Below are positions 1 through 11,907 of a stretch of 64,000 bases of DNA, piece by piece. The notes under the pieces were generated by a model, which was given only the letters and a program-made list of their open reading frames with translations, did no database searches and had not been told where the DNA came from. Made by a program: the position numbers and the translations under genes. Source of the DNA: Escherichia coli (lineage in GTDB: Bacteria; Pseudomonadota; Gammaproteobacteria; Enterobacterales; Enterobacteriaceae); NCBI RefSeq assembly GCF_003334335.1, contig NZ_QOWQ01000002.1. One strand, given 5' to 3'. Numbering within the stretch: the stretch's first letter is position 1; the number at the start of each line of letters is the position of its first letter.

Positions 1-129
1 CGTTGGCGATAAGTTCAGAACACAAACTCAAACCAAACAAGACGAGGAAAATCCATAACGACCAGTAGCCGCGACGGTTATGACGAAAACGCGCCCAACG
101 GGCCTGATTGACGGGGCTGAGTCGCGACA
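1..129 (-). CDS. yejE: Peptide/microcin C ABC transporter permease YejE, N-terminal 43 codons only (gene continues beyond window start)
   Basis: Minus-strand ATG at 127-129; translation [34 protein letters not shown]; abuts yejB stop; synteny yejABEF. Confidence 0.7.
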
Positions 130-1224
130 TTAACGTCCCTCAAAATCAATACGCGGATCAACCAGCGTATAGCTGATATCACTGACAATATTCAGCAGCA
201 GGCCAATCAGGGTGAAAATATACAAGGTACCAAACATTACAGGATAATCGCGCGAGACGGTCGCTTCGTAGCCCAGTAAGCCCAGACCATTGAGTGAAAA
301 CATCACCTCAATCAGCAGCGAGCCGGTAAAAAACATGCTGATAAACGTCGCCGGAAAACCGGCAATCACCAGCAGCATGGCGTTGCGGAACACATGTTTC
401 CAGAGAATATTTTTTTCACTTACCCCTTTCGCACGCGCGGTCACCACGTATTGCTTGCGCACTTCATCAAGGAATGAGTTTTTTGTCAGCATGGTCAGCG
501 CCGCAAAGCCACCAATCACTGTCGCCAGCACCGGCAGCGTGATATGCCACAGATAATCGGTGATTTTCTGATACCACGGCAGCGAATCAAAGTTAGCGGA
601 AACCAGGCCGCGTAGAGGGAACAGGTCGAAATAGCTGCCGCCCGCGAAGAAGACAATCAGCAGGATGGCAAACAAAAAGGCCGGAATGGCGTAGCCGATG
701 ATGATAAATGCGCTACTCCAGACGTCAAAGCGGCTCCCATTATAAACAGCTTTGCGAATGCCTAACGGAATCGACACCAGATAGATAATCAGCGTGCTCC
801 ACAATCCGAGGGTGATGGAAACCGGCAGACTGTCTTTAATCAGCGTCAGCACCGAGGCGCTGCGAAACAGGCTATCGCCAAAATCAAAGCGGATGTAGTC
901 CCAGAGCATTTTGAAGTAACGTTCGTGGATCGGCTTATCAAAACCGTAGCGATGAGTGATCTCAGCGATCACTTCTGGATCTAATCCGCGTCCGCCACGG
1001 TAATTACTGTCGCTGATATTGCCGACACCCGTTTGCGCATGGCTGGCACGAACACCTTCACCGCCTGCGCCGGGTAATACTCCGGCATTACCAAACTCAA
1101 TGGCGGCGATGGCCTGGTCGACCGGACCGCCAGGCGCAATTTGCACGATGAAAAAGTTGATGGTGATAATCGCCCATAATGTTGGGATCACCAGCAACAG
1201 ACGGCGAATCAGGTAAGCGCCCAT
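130..1224 (-). CDS. yejB: Oligopeptide/microcin C ABC transporter permease YejB
   Basis: 364-aa ORF with ABC permease (BPD_transp_1-like) features; synteny with yejA. Confidence 0.92.
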
Positions 1225-3045
1225 CTACTCTCCCTGTTTGCTGGCGGACGGCAGTTTGGCCGCTTTATTGACGTCATACCACCAGGTATCGATACCGAGG
1301 CTATAGATGGGGCGCACGGCCGGCTGGGAGAATTTATCCCACCAGGCGAGACGGTCTTCCGCCATGTACCACATTGGCAGCATGTAATAATTCCACGTTA
1401 ATACGCGATCCAGTGCTCGCCCCAACGGCAGTAATTTTTCTTTATTTCCCTGCGCGGCAATAATTTGGTTGATCTGCGAGTCGATAACCGGGCTTTGCAC
1501 GCCGGGGGCATTATAAGTGGAATTGATATATTCCGATGACCAGGAAATCTGTAAATCGGAACTGGGCCACGGCATCGCCCGCCATACGCGCGGCATCATG
1601 TCATAGTCGCGACTGCGCATGCGGTTAGTGATTTGCGAGTTATCCACCTTGCGAATGTCCATGTTGATACCCAGCCGTTGCAGGCTGTGCTGGAACGGCA
1701 ATACCCACTGACTATTGCTGCTTGCGGGAAGCAATAATTCAAAGCTGAGTGGCTGACCCGTTGTGGCATTAACGCGTTGCTGACCCTTCAGCACCCAGCC
1801 CGCTTCGTTGAGAAGTTTGTCGGCTTTTAACAGGTTGTCACGATCGTAGCCATCGCCTTTGGATACCGGCGGCTGGTAGATTTGTGTGAAGACTTCTGAC
1901 GGTAGATCTTTTTTCATTGGTGCCAGAAGCACCAGCTCCGCGGCGTCGGGGTAATTTCTGGCCGCGTATTCGGTATTCTGAAAATAACTGTTCGTGCGAC
2001 TCCAGGCATTGTAAAACAACGCCTTGTTCATCCATTCAAAGTCAAAGGCGAGAGTGATAGCTTCCCGGACCCGGCGATCGCTGAATACCGGACGTTGGAT
2101 ATTAAACGCCAGCCAACGCGTATCCTGGGCTGATTCGTTCTTTTGCTCATCTTTGATGATGTATTTTTTATCGAAATTTTTACCGGTATAACGCGTGGCC
2201 CAGTTTTTGACGTCGTTTTCCATACGCAAATCAAAGGCACCTGCTTTAAACGCTTCAAAGGCGACATTATCATCGAGGTAATAATCGTAGCGAATGGTGT
2301 CGAAATTCCAGCGTCCACGGTTTACCGGTAAGTTTGCTGCCCAGTAATCTTTCACACGGGAATAGACAATATTTTGCCCCATTTTCCAGGACGTAACGCG
2401 GTACGGACCACTGGCAAGCGGAGGCGTGGCGAGCGGGTCGCTAAGTTTGTGATCCTTCCAGTACTTTTCTGGAAATACCGGCAGCGAAAACAGACTCAGC
2501 ATATCTTCTTTGCCGGGTTTAGCTAACTCAATGCGCACGGTTAACGGTGCAATGGCTTTGACGGTGGTGCCTTTGTAGACCAGACGAAATTGCGGCACGC
2601 CTTCGGTCATAAATTTTTGAAAAGTAAACTCTACATCGCGGGCAGTAATGGGCGAACCATCATGAAAACGGGCGCGCGGATTAATAGCGACCTCCACCCA
2701 GGAATAATCGTCAGCATAGCGTGCGCTTTCAGCAATCAGCGGGTAATAACTGCCTGGTTCGTCATCGGAAGTCGTAAATAGCGTGTCGTACAGCTGCTCG
2801 GTGCGTGCGCCCGGGTTGCCGCGCAGTGCATAGCGGTTGAAATTATCGAAGGTGCCGAGGGCTGACAACGTTATCTGCCCACCTTTTGGCGCGGCGGGGT
2901 TCACATAATCAAAATGGTTGAAATTAAACGCGTACCGGGGTTCGCCCAGCACGGCAAAGGCATAGCTTTCCTTGATAGCCTGCGCCTGCACACCAAAGGT
3001 GAACAGAGCGATAAACAGCAGCAGTATGCGCACAATCATCTGCAA
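1225..3045 (-). CDS. yejA: Periplasmic oligopeptide-binding protein YejA (SBP family 5)
   Basis: 606-aa ORF with signal peptide; true start may be 2 codons inside; synteny. Confidence 0.92.
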
Positions 3046-3120
3046 CGGATTTCCTTTTACTCATCATTAGCCGCAATCCGGCATGCTTTCACTATGAATA
3101 ATAAGGGACGTAAGCACACC

Positions 3121-4677
3121 TTACCACTGCGGCGTATACGGTTTCTTTAGCCAGCGAACAAAATCGTCCAGCGGTAACGGGCGGCTAATCCAGTAGCCTT
3201 GCATGAAATTAACGCCGCGTTCGCTTAGCCATCGCGCCTGTTCCGGCGTTTCGACCCCTTCAGCAACCGTCAGCATATTGAGGCGTTTCGCCAGCGTCAG
3301 CACCGCGTCAAGTACGGGGGAAGTGATCGTTTCCGTACCGATGGCGTTGATAAATCCACGGTCAATTTTCAGATAATCGAGCGTAAAACGCTCAAGATAG
3401 ATAAGCGCGCTGTGCCCGGTGCCGAAGTCATCAATAGCAATTTCTACGCCGACCGAGTGCAGCCAGGCGAAGAGTTGTGTGGCTTCTTGCTCTTTCAACA
3501 TATCGCGCTCGGTAATTTCCAGCACAATCTGGAAATGGTGTGCGGGCAGGGAAGTGAGCAGTTTCTGGATATCTGCTTTAAAGCTTTCGCTGTGCAGATG
3601 GTCCGGCGCAATGTTAATACCAAATTTGACGCCTACCGGCAGCACTTTTTCTAATTCTGCGGCATCGCGGGCAATTAACTCAAACAGGTGCTGAGTCAGC
3701 GGCACAATCATCTTTTGCGATTCGGCAAAGTTAATGAAGGCATCCGGGGGAATTTCTCCCGCGACAGGATGCCGCCAGCGTAGCAGTACTTCCAGGCCCG
3801 TTACTCGCAAAGCTTGTGTATCCACCACCGGTTGATACGCCACGTAAAATTGTTCGCGCTTGATGGCGGTCATGATTTCTCTGCCGGGGCGCATACGTAC
3901 GCTCATCAGGTAATAGCAGAGCAGGCCAACGACAGTTCCACTCATGCCGCCCAGTAAAAATGCGTACCACACATCGTTCCATGTCCAGTCATCTGCATAA
4001 AGCCGAACGGTCAGAGGAATGCCCGCAATTTTAGTTTCACGGACTGGCATGTCGGTTAATTCGTTAACGTTCATCAAACGTGAAGAAAAGGTAGATAGCG
4101 CAGTATTGCCAATAATGAGGGCGACGCCATCGTAATCTTCCTGCCGTGAACTATAAAAGAGTGAAGGCGTCAGGTTGAGATTCAGAGCGGCAAAGACGCC
4201 GCTATTTTTCAGCAAAGGGTTGCGATACCAGATGACGATTGCGGGTTTGTTCGGCACCATCGGCGTGCCGGGTAAGATCGCCATATCGACGTTTTTATTA
4301 ATGTCGAGCGCCGGAATCAATTCATTGAGTGGAATGTCCATCTCACCGGTCGCAGATGAACAGAATGTTTTTTTATCTTTCACCAGCACAAACGTTCGGA
4401 CATTCATGCTAAACGCTGCGCGGGCGGTCAGTTCGGGGTTAGCTTGCTGGCAGGTATCTAAGGTCAGCGGCTGGAGCCGGTCAGTAGTGGATTTCAGGTC
4501 GGCAAAATAGGTATCGAGATACTTTTGTACGTCGGTAATCAGTGTGTCGTATTTGACTTCGTGCTTATGCCAGGCCACTAAAAACTGAAGGCAACTCACC
4601 AGTATCGCAATCATTACGCCTGCAACAATGCAGGTAAGCAGGAGCTTACGTCCAAAATTGGGAGCGCGTATGAACAT
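3121..4677 (-). CDS. pdeN: Membrane-anchored EAL-domain c-di-GMP phosphodiesterase (Rtn/PdeN)
   Basis: 518 aa; N-terminal TM segment plus C-terminal EAL-type motifs (EVLLRW, DDFGTG). Confidence 0.88.
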   Translation of the reverse strand: MFIRAPNFGRKLLLTCIVAGVMIAILVSCLQFLVAWHKHEVKYDTLITDVQKYLDTYFADLKSTTDRLQPLTLDTCQQANPELTARAAFSMNVRTFVLVKDKKTFCSSATGEMDIPLNELIPALDINKNVDMAILPGTPMVPNKPAIVIWYRNPLLKNSGVFAALNLNLTPSLFYSSRQEDYDGVALIIGNTALSTFSSRLMNVNELTDMPVRETKIAGIPLTVRLYADDWTWNDVWYAFLLGGMSGTVVGLLCYYLMSVRMRPGREIMTAIKREQFYVAYQPVVDTQALRVTGLEVLLRWRHPVAGEIPPDAFINFAESQKMIVPLTQHLFELIARDAAELEKVLPVGVKFGINIAPDHLHSESFKADIQKLLTSLPAHHFQIVLEITERDMLKEQEATQLFAWLHSVGVEIAIDDFGTGHSALIYLERFTLDYLKIDRGFINAIGTETITSPVLDAVLTLAKRLNMLTVAEGVETPEQARWLSERGVNFMQGYWISRPLPLDDFVRWLKKPYTPQW

Positions 4678-4788
4678 GATTCCGTTAATTTCCTGAAATT
4701 ACGACAACATTTAAAAGATAACAATGACCGGACTATAGCCTGGATCAAGACGCGGAAACATCATTTTCTCTGATGAATGAAAACAAAA

Positions 4789-4815
4789 AAGCACTGCCTA
4801 AGCAGTGCTTTCAGT
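4789..4815 (-). terminator. Rho-independent terminator downstream of mepS
   Basis: Plus-strand aaaaaagcactgcctaagcagtgcttt: GC stem followed by U-run on minus strand, ~45 bp past mepS stop. Confidence 0.6.
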
Positions 4816-4857
4816 TAACTCGTCAGGATAGCCAAGGGATTGCATCCAAACGGTTTA

Positions 4858-5424
4858 TTAGCTGCGGCTGAGAACCCGGCGTGCTTCGTTGTAACGCTTC
4901 TTCCAGTACGGTTCATTCATGCTGGAAATAATAACACCACTGCTGGTGGAAGCATGGACAAACTGATTGTTGCCGATATAAATACCGACATGGCGTCCCG
5001 TTGAACCGGCACGGAACAGAACTAAATCACCCGTACGCAAATTACTGCGGGAAACAGATTTACCCATTTCCTGCTGTTCGTAAGTCGAACGCGGAAGTTC
5101 TAAGCCAAATTGCTCACGGAATGTACGCTGTACGAAACCAGAACAATCGATACCTTTTTTAGTGCTGCCGCCCAGACGATAACGTACGCCTTTCCAGTCA
5201 GCATACTGATCCATAATTCGCGATTTTACGTCGACATTACGAACCAGGTTTTCAAATTCATCCTGAGAAGCTTGCAGTGATGATGTTTCACTACCCACTG
5301 CACGTGTCTCAGGATGCATATTCTTTGCGGTGTTATTTGCACTACATGCAGAAAGCAGAACCGCTACTGCAATCGCGGGAATCCCGCGCAAGATATATCT
5401 CAAAATCGGTTGAGATTTGACCAT
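4858..5424 (-). CDS. mepS: Murein DD-endopeptidase MepS (Spr), NlpC/P60 lipoprotein
   Basis: 188 aa; lipobox LSACS; NlpC/P60 catalytic Cys context (KGIDCSGF). Confidence 0.93.
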
Positions 5425-5835
5425 GTTGTTTGTTTTCCCTTGAAGTCCTTAACGACAAATATCGTTATAAAAAAATGCCAAGCGACACGAGACTAATTAC
5501 CTGGGCATGTTGAAACAATTCCTTAAGGCCAAATCTGTGGACTAACGCACAAAATTATATGCTGTGAGGATAATCTACCGCCGAGGCAAAACGAGTTCGA
5601 GATTACCCGATTGGTGCGGTCTTGGCGAGCGGTTTTACATGATTTTTTATAAGAAAAAGTGATACAGAAAGTTAATAAGCGGGGTTGGTCAATTAAAGTA
5701 CAATTGAGTGAAACGCATGCAATCCATTCATTTACTTAGAGAATGATTTTTGCGTTCGATAGATGAAAGCACGGTGCGCATCATCAGGATTATCCTCACT
5801 ATAAAAATAACCCTGATGATGTTAATTACTGTGAG

Positions 5836-6549
5836 TTATTTGTTTTGGAAATGTTTGTTTTTTCCTGGTAGTGATTTGTCAAAAAAGGTGATTAATCGAT
5901 CACTTAATGGCGTCAGCAACACCCAGGGCAAACCGATCAATATCACGGTCATCGAACCGACAATGATGTCAGTAAACCAGTGTGCGCCAATCATTACTCT
6001 GGGAAATGCAAAAACCACAAAAATAATAAGGGCGATAAGGCCTGCAACTTTGCCGAAATAACGCCACATGAATGCCGAAAAAATAAGCAGCATCATGCCG
6101 TGATCGCCGGGAAAGCTATCTCGTGAGGCATCTTTCGTGGGAACAGAGAGCAGTTCGCTGACGCGGTTAATATCGGTAAAAGTCAATGTTGGGCTGGCCC
6201 GTTTTACAGGAATTAATGCCTGACCCAGCTGGTTTAATACCACTGCAGTTAATAGCATGACCAGACCAATAATCACGATACGTCGTCTGCCAGGGGCGTT
6301 TTCTTTCAGCCAGAAACTCAGCATCAACATACCCATCGCCAGCAGTGAACAACCGTCGAAGGCGCGATTGTTGGTCAATGCAACCAGCCACAAAAAGGCC
6401 TTACTTTCGACCAGTTTCTGATTAAAGAAATAAAAAATATCCGCATCAATCGGCAACCAGAATCCATGATTAACGGGGATATACCAGGAAAGAAACAGCG
6501 CGAGGCCGACAATATTCAACAACACTATTTGCGGCAAATTTTTAATCAT
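5836..6549 (-). CDS. lpxT: Lipid A 1-diphosphate synthase LpxT (PAP2 family)
   Basis: ORF 5836..6585; likely start at internal Met (MIKNLPQIVLL...) giving ~237 aa; PAP2 membrane protein; synteny. Confidence 0.85.
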   Translation of the reverse strand: MIKNLPQIVLLNIVGLALFLSWYIPVNHGFWLPIDADIFYFFNQKLVESKAFLWLVALTNNRAFDGCSLLAMGMLMLSFWLKENAPGRRRIVIIGLVMLLTAVVLNQLGQALIPVKRASPTLTFTDINRVSELLSVPTKDASRDSFPGDHGMMLLIFSAFMWRYFGKVAGLIALIIFVVFAFPRVMIGAHWFTDIIVGSMTVILIGLPWVLLTPLSDRLITFFDKSLPGKNKHFQNK

Positions 6550-6587
6550 ATTTTCTCTAATTATCTTACTGAAAAACGCAGGCAACC

Positions 6588-7574
6588 TTACGCGGTAGTC
6601 GCTAAACGAAGCTTCAACAGCGCGCTCTGCAAGGCATTCCAGTCAGCTTCGCTGCTGGAAATCAGCTCAATACGGCTGTCCGGTGGCGCAACGTTTTGCG
6701 TTTCAATGTGCAGGTCATCGCCCTGACGGTTGATTCGCACCAGCCCTTCGGGAATACGCAGCACGCCTTTGACGCGTTCCACCGGTGCAAGTCGCGCCCA
6801 TTCCAGAATGCCAATGGTGTCGAATACCGTATCAGCGTCGAATATCCAGCCGCAGGCCTGATATCCTTGCCCGCTGTTCAGACTGCGACGCCAGCGTTGA
6901 TGCTCTGGCAGGCTTAACGCTGCTAACCCTTTTTTCACGACATGCTGATGAGAATGCGCGGCGCTGGCGGGCAACTCGGCTAAATTGCGACGCGGCAAAT
7001 CCAGAAGATGACCGTCAACTTTCCCATGCTCACTGTGAATTAATTGTCGATCGCCACCATTTTGCTGCCACCAACGCTGTAGCGCTTGCTCACTTTCGGG
7101 CGTCGTACGGTCGGATTTATTGGCGACAATGATGTCTGCGGCAGCCAGCTGGTCACGGAAGTTTTCATTGCTGGCGCTTTTTTCGTCCAGCAGCAAGCGC
7201 GGATCGAGAATGCACAAGGTGGCGCGCAGATCTATCCACGGTTCATAGACTGGTGCGGTTAACAGATCGAGGATCTGTTTCGGATGGCCCAGCCCGGTCG
7301 GCTCTATCAACAAGCGGTCTGGTTTTCCCTGACGCAGTAAGGTATTCAACCCTACCTGCATGGGTAAACCATTAACGCAGCACATGCAGCCGCCGGGGAT
7401 CTCTTTCAGCAATGCGCCGCTATCGGCGAGCAAAGCACCATCAATTCCGACTTCCCCAAATTCATTAACCAGTACCGCCCATTTTTCGTTGGGATCTTTA
7501 TGGGCTAACAGATGAAGAATCGACGTGGTTTTCCCGCTGCCGAGAAAACCGGTGATGAGGTTGGTCCTGGTCAC
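6588..7574 (-). CDS. yeiR: Zinc-binding GTPase YeiR (COG0523/CobW family)
   Basis: 328 aa; P-loop GFLGSGKTT; CxCC motif (GGCMCC). Confidence 0.9.
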   Translation of the reverse strand: MTRTNLITGFLGSGKTTSILHLLAHKDPNEKWAVLVNEFGEVGIDGALLADSGALLKEIPGGCMCCVNGLPMQVGLNTLLRQGKPDRLLIEPTGLGHPKQILDLLTAPVYEPWIDLRATLCILDPRLLLDEKSASNENFRDQLAAADIIVANKSDRTTPESEQALQRWWQQNGGDRQLIHSEHGKVDGHLLDLPRRNLAELPASAAHSHQHVVKKGLAALSLPEHQRWRRSLNSGQGYQACGWIFDADTVFDTIGILEWARLAPVERVKGVLRIPEGLVRINRQGDDLHIETQNVAPPDSRIELISSSEADWNALQSALLKLRLATTA

Positions 7575-7691
7575 AACGGCTCCGCAATACTCTGGTAAGT
7601 TAACTGAGCGTTAATCCTGGCTAAAAAAGGCAGAAAAGAGAAGGGGAGAGCGGACGAAGGTGAGCTTCATCCGCTTTAACCGCAGAAATCG

Positions 7692-9158
7692 TTAAATTTT
7701 GAGGGTGTTTAATAGCGCCTGATGTGCGCCGAATTGTACGATTTGTTGCCAGGCTTGTTCGATGGCCTGCACAAAATGCGGGTTATCTGGCAGATCATCA
7801 CCGAAAACTTCACGCAGGGAAAGCAGGGCGGTTACGCGTTGTTCACTGCTGCTGCCCGCAACAAGTTCGCGAATTTTATCGCTAAGCGGATCGCGAACAT
7901 CAATGGCATTTCCGGCATCATCAACGCCGCTGACGTAACGCATCCAGCCTGCAACGCCTAATGCCAGCAACGACCAGTCCGTTTCGCGCCCCTGATGTAT
8001 GCGAATACCTGCCAGCATGCGTTGCGGTAATTTCTGGCTGCCATCCATCGCGATTTGCCAGGTCTTATGTTTCAGCGCCGGATTAGCAAAACGTGCAATT
8101 AACTTATCCGCATATTGTGTTAAATCGACATCTTTAATTTGCAGTGTCGGCGCTTGCTCATCCAGCATTAATGTTCTGGCGGCATGGCGAAATGCGCGAT
8201 CCTGCATGCAATCACTGATATGGGCGAATCCTGAGAGGTAACCCAGATAAGCGAGAAAAGAGTGGCTGCCATTAAGCATCCGCAGTTTCATCTCTTCCCA
8301 TGGCAGGACATCATTCACCATTTGTACACCTGCGACTTCCCAGGCAGGACGCCCAGCGACGAAGTTATCTTCCACCACCCACTGGATAAACGGTTCGCAG
8401 CTAATCGCGCAGGGATCATTCACCCCCAGATGCTGGCTGATTTCCACCAGTGATTCGTCGGTTGCAGCCGGAACAATGCGGTCGACCATGGTTCCCGGAA
8501 AACTGACGTGCTCTTTTATCCACCCGGCGAGTTCTGGCGAACGTTTTTCTGCCATTCCCAGCACCGCGTTTTTCACCACATGACCATTGTCGGGAATATT
8601 GTCGCAGGAGAGCACGGTAAACGGTGTAAGGCCGCGCTCACGGCGGCGTTTCAGTGCTTCGACGAGAATACCCGGTGCGGAGTGAGGTTCTTCAGGGGTT
8701 TGTAGATCGTGAATAATCCGCGGATTACTGGTGTCGAGTGCACCGGTGGCCGGGTCAATACAATAGCCTTTTTCGGTAATCGTCAGGGAAACAATTGCCA
8801 CCTGTGGCTCGCAAAATTTCTCAATAATTGCCGCTAAGGAATCCAGTTTTGCATTAAGGCATTCGTGAACGGCACCGACAATTATCACCTGATTGCCGTC
8901 CGCACCTTTCTCCAGCACGGTATATAAATGGTTCTGTGCGCGGAGCTGGCTCATCAGTTGATCACCGCTGAACAAGCTGATTTCACAGATCCCCCAGTCG
9001 CCGCCCTGGGCATTCAGCACACGATCGGTCAGTAACGCCTGATGAGCGCGGTGAAAGGCTCCAAAGCCAAAATGAACGATACGTGATTGCAACTGCTGGC
9101 GATCATAGCGTGGAGCGTGTACATGATGCGGGAGCGTAACGGAGGCGATTGTATTCAT
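7692..9158 (-). CDS. yeiQ: Putative mannitol/fructuronate-type dehydrogenase YeiQ
   Basis: ORF 7692..9167; likely start at MNTIASV; Rossmann motif GFGAFHRAHQ. Confidence 0.87.
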   Translation of the reverse strand: MNTIASVTLPHHVHAPRYDRQQLQSRIVHFGFGAFHRAHQALLTDRVLNAQGGDWGICEISLFSGDQLMSQLRAQNHLYTVLEKGADGNQVIIVGAVHECLNAKLDSLAAIIEKFCEPQVAIVSLTITEKGYCIDPATGALDTSNPRIIHDLQTPEEPHSAPGILVEALKRRRERGLTPFTVLSCDNIPDNGHVVKNAVLGMAEKRSPELAGWIKEHVSFPGTMVDRIVPAATDESLVEISQHLGVNDPCAISCEPFIQWVVEDNFVAGRPAWEVAGVQMVNDVLPWEEMKLRMLNGSHSFLAYLGYLSGFAHISDCMQDRAFRHAARTLMLDEQAPTLQIKDVDLTQYADKLIARFANPALKHKTWQIAMDGSQKLPQRMLAGIRIHQGRETDWSLLALGVAGWMRYVSGVDDAGNAIDVRDPLSDKIRELVAGSSSEQRVTALLSLREVFGDDLPDNPHFVQAIEQAWQQIVQFGAHQALLNTLKI

Positions 9159-9334
9159 AGGAGTCACGTCTTAGTAACGATTAATTAACAACGACAGTGT
9201 AAAGTTATATGACAGCAATTGAAATTGGTCTGGATTGTTAATGCGATGAAGTGTGAGGGCGATCAATCAACGAGTGAAAATTGAGGGCGTAAGGTGTTCA
9301 GGAAGCGCAAAATAGAAGATTGGTATAATAAATT

Positions 9335-9366
9335 AAAAAAGGGACAGCCTGAGCTATCCCTTTTCT
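9335..9366 (-). terminator. Rho-independent terminator downstream of yeiP
   Basis: aaaaaagggacagcctgagctatcccttttct; on minus strand, stem then U-run immediately after yeiP stop. Confidence 0.6.
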
Positions 9367-9380
9367 GCATGCGGCTGAAG

Positions 9381-9953
9381 TTAGTCAGCACGCCCCATAT
9401 AACGGCGTTCTTCGATATGGATACGAATTTTTTCGCCCGGGCTTAAGTATTCTGGTACCTGAATCACCAGACCAGTGCTCAATGTCGCCGGTTTGTTACG
9501 GGCGCTGGCAGATGCCCCTTTGATGCCTGGTGCGGTTTCAACGATTTCCAGATCAACGGTCTGCGGCAGCTCAAGCGCCAGCAGTTGACCGTCCCAGGTC
9601 AGCACCTGCATGTCCGGCATGCCGCCCTCTGGCATAAACAGCAACTCTTCTTCAATCTGATCTTTGGTGAAGGTATACGGGGTATAGTCTTCTTTATCCA
9701 TAAAGACATATTCGTTGCCATCGACATAGGAGAAGTCAACGTAACGGCGGGTCAGCGTCACGGTGTCAACGATATCATCACCTTTGAAACGCTCTTCTAC
9801 TTTCAGCCCGGTACGGACATCAGAAAAACGCATTTTGTACAGCGTAGCGGCACCGCGGGCAGTGGGCGACTGAATATCAATATCCTTAACCAGCAGCAGT
9901 TTGCCGTTGTAATTCAGTACCATACCTTTTTTAATTTCGTTCGCTCTTGGCAT
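9381..9953 (-). CDS. yeiP: Elongation factor P-like protein YeiP (EfpL)
   Basis: ORF track gives 275 aa with non-ATG extension; EF-P-like protein starts at [10 protein letters not shown] (ATG 9951-9953), 190 aa. Confidence 0.9.
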
Positions 9954-10107
9954 CGAAAAATTCCTGTAGTCGAAAATGTCAAAAATATCGCGACAAAGTA
10001 CTCGCGACGGGCCTTTCGGGCAAGTGGTATTCGCACTTTTGCTGGTGCAAAAAAGGTGGTACTGTGCGCGCTCATCAATCCGGTGGTTAACCTTAAGAGA
10101 ACAACGT

Positions 10108-10362
10108 ATGGAATGCCGTCCGGGTTGCGGGGCGTGTTGCACTGCCCCTTCAATTTCCAGCCCTATTCCCGGTATGCCAGATGGCAAGCCCGCCAATACG
10201 CCCTGCATTCAGCTTGATGAACAGCAACGCTGTAAAATTTTCACCTCGCCACTGCGACCGAAAGTCTGTGCAGGCTTACAAGCCAGCGCTGAAATGTGCG
10301 GTAACTCGCGTCAGCAGGCCATGACCTGGCTTATCGATCTGGAAATGCTGACCGCGCCTTAA
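10108..10362 (+). CDS. yeiW: Cysteine-cluster protein YeiW (UPF0153)
   Basis: ATG at 10108 gives 84 aa [15 protein letters not shown]...; the longer track ORF start is upstream; converges on and overlaps setB 3' end by 4 bp. Confidence 0.8.
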
Positions 10363-11540
10363 ACATCTTTAATCCGCAGTAAGCAAAACAGAGTGGCGAT
10401 AATCATCACCATCGCAAACCAGAACACAGCGTGATAATTCCAGATCTCGGCGACGATGCCCGCCACTGATCCTGCGATGATCCAGCCCACGCGCGAAGTG
10501 TTGGTATAGAGCGTGGTGGCTGAACCCGCCTGACCGGGCATCAGATCCTGAAAATAGAGCATCCCGATGCCGCCCAGAATGCCAATAAAAATAGCATTTA
10601 GCAGCTGCAAGCCCAACAGAATGACAGGTGAATGCGCCATCAGCATTCCTGCGTAAAAACAGACGCCACCCACGGCAGCAACGCGCATTAAGAAACGCTT
10701 ACCCAGACGTTTGGCGAAATATCCGGCAATCAACATCGTCGGGATTTCCAGCCCGGCGGCGGTCCCCATCATCACACCGGCCAGTTTCTCGGGAAGATGC
10801 AGTTCGTTGATAATAAATAGCGGCATGTTGATGATGTACAGGCTGTTCGAGCCCCACATCAATGTACAAATGACAAACAGCAGCAGCGTATCGCGACGGT
10901 TACGGCGCGGCGCTTCGATCGTGCCGGTCGCCAGCGGAAGCTCTTTTTGCATCGACGGTAAAAACAGCCACACCATCACACCGCAAACAATAAACGCTAC
11001 CGCTGCGCTCAGATACATTACCGTAAAGCTGAAACCCATCGCTAAGGCATAAGCCAGCGGTGGGCCAATGACCCATGCCAGTGAAACCTGAGCGCGTAAA
11101 AAAGAGCTGAACATCACCGCCTCACGTCCGGTTTTGTCGGCATGTTCACGGGCAAGGGCAAACATTTGCGGGTTAGCGGTCGAGCCAAAGCTGCTAAGAA
11201 AGACGCCAACGAATAGCAAAACAAAGTAGTTGCGATTCCAGGCAAAAAGGGTGCAGGCCAGCACGCCTAACAGGCAGCAAAAGACAATCAGCGATTTGCG
11301 ATCGCCGCGCTTATCAGAGCGCCCGGCGAGAAACTGACTTACCAGAATCCCAATGACAGCGCTGCCGGTAAAGAAGAATCCCACCATCGCCGGACGGGCA
11401 TGTACTTCATCGGTAAGAAAAATACTGAGTGTCGGGGTTTGCAGAGCGCCCGCAATACCGGTGAGAAAGGCAACGATTAAAAACGCCGTCGAGGTCAGGT
11501 CAAACGATTTCGCGCTGGAGACTGCGGGGGAGTTATGCAT
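10359..11540 (-). CDS. setB: Sugar efflux transporter SetB (MFS)
   Basis: 393 aa, 12-TM MFS profile; synteny beside fruB. Confidence 0.92.
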
Positions 11541-11805
11541 GCTGGTCGATCACTGGAAGAGGAAGACGCGGAGTTTACGCTGCTTGTCAGAAAATAAACA
11601 GACAGCGAAATCAAAAGCGCCACGAATAGTCAAAATGCCATTTCACTGTTGCTGATTGGCTGCTGACGCTGCTGAAATGAAATTGCTGATAACGGATTTT
11701 CCCATCAGCAATTAGGAAAAATGGCAAAAAATTGTGCAGCACATCAAACTTTTGCTCATAACTTTACGGCTTTCCTTGCGTGCTGAAACAGAAGTATTAT
11801 GCTTT

Positions 11806-11822
11806 CTTGAAACGTTTCAGCG
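11806..11822. promoter_or_regulatory. Cra (FruR) operator, fruBKA promoter
   Basis: cttgaaacgtttcagcg matches Cra palindrome TGAAACGTTTCA. Confidence 0.65.
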
Positions 11823-11872
11823 CGATCTTGTCTTTAACCCTAAGCCAGGTTGGCGCTTTTTTTCTCATAGAG

Positions 11873-11893
11873 GCTGAATCGTTTCAATTCAGC
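11873..11893. promoter_or_regulatory. Second Cra (FruR) operator-like site upstream of fruB
   Basis: gctgaatcgtttcaattcagc, imperfect palindrome ~15 bp upstream of fruB ATG. Confidence 0.55.
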
Positions 11894-11907
11894 AAGAGAG
11901 GAGAACT

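Noticed and set aside
5750-6061. 103-aa plus-strand ORF spanning the lpxT 3' end and the lpxT-mepS spacer
   Set aside because: Overlaps lpxT antisense; AT-rich low-complexity start; no RBS.
9585-10217. 210-aa plus-strand ORF antisense to yeiP
   Set aside because: Lies entirely antisense within a well-supported gene (EF-P-like protein); typical shadow ORF with low-complexity composition.
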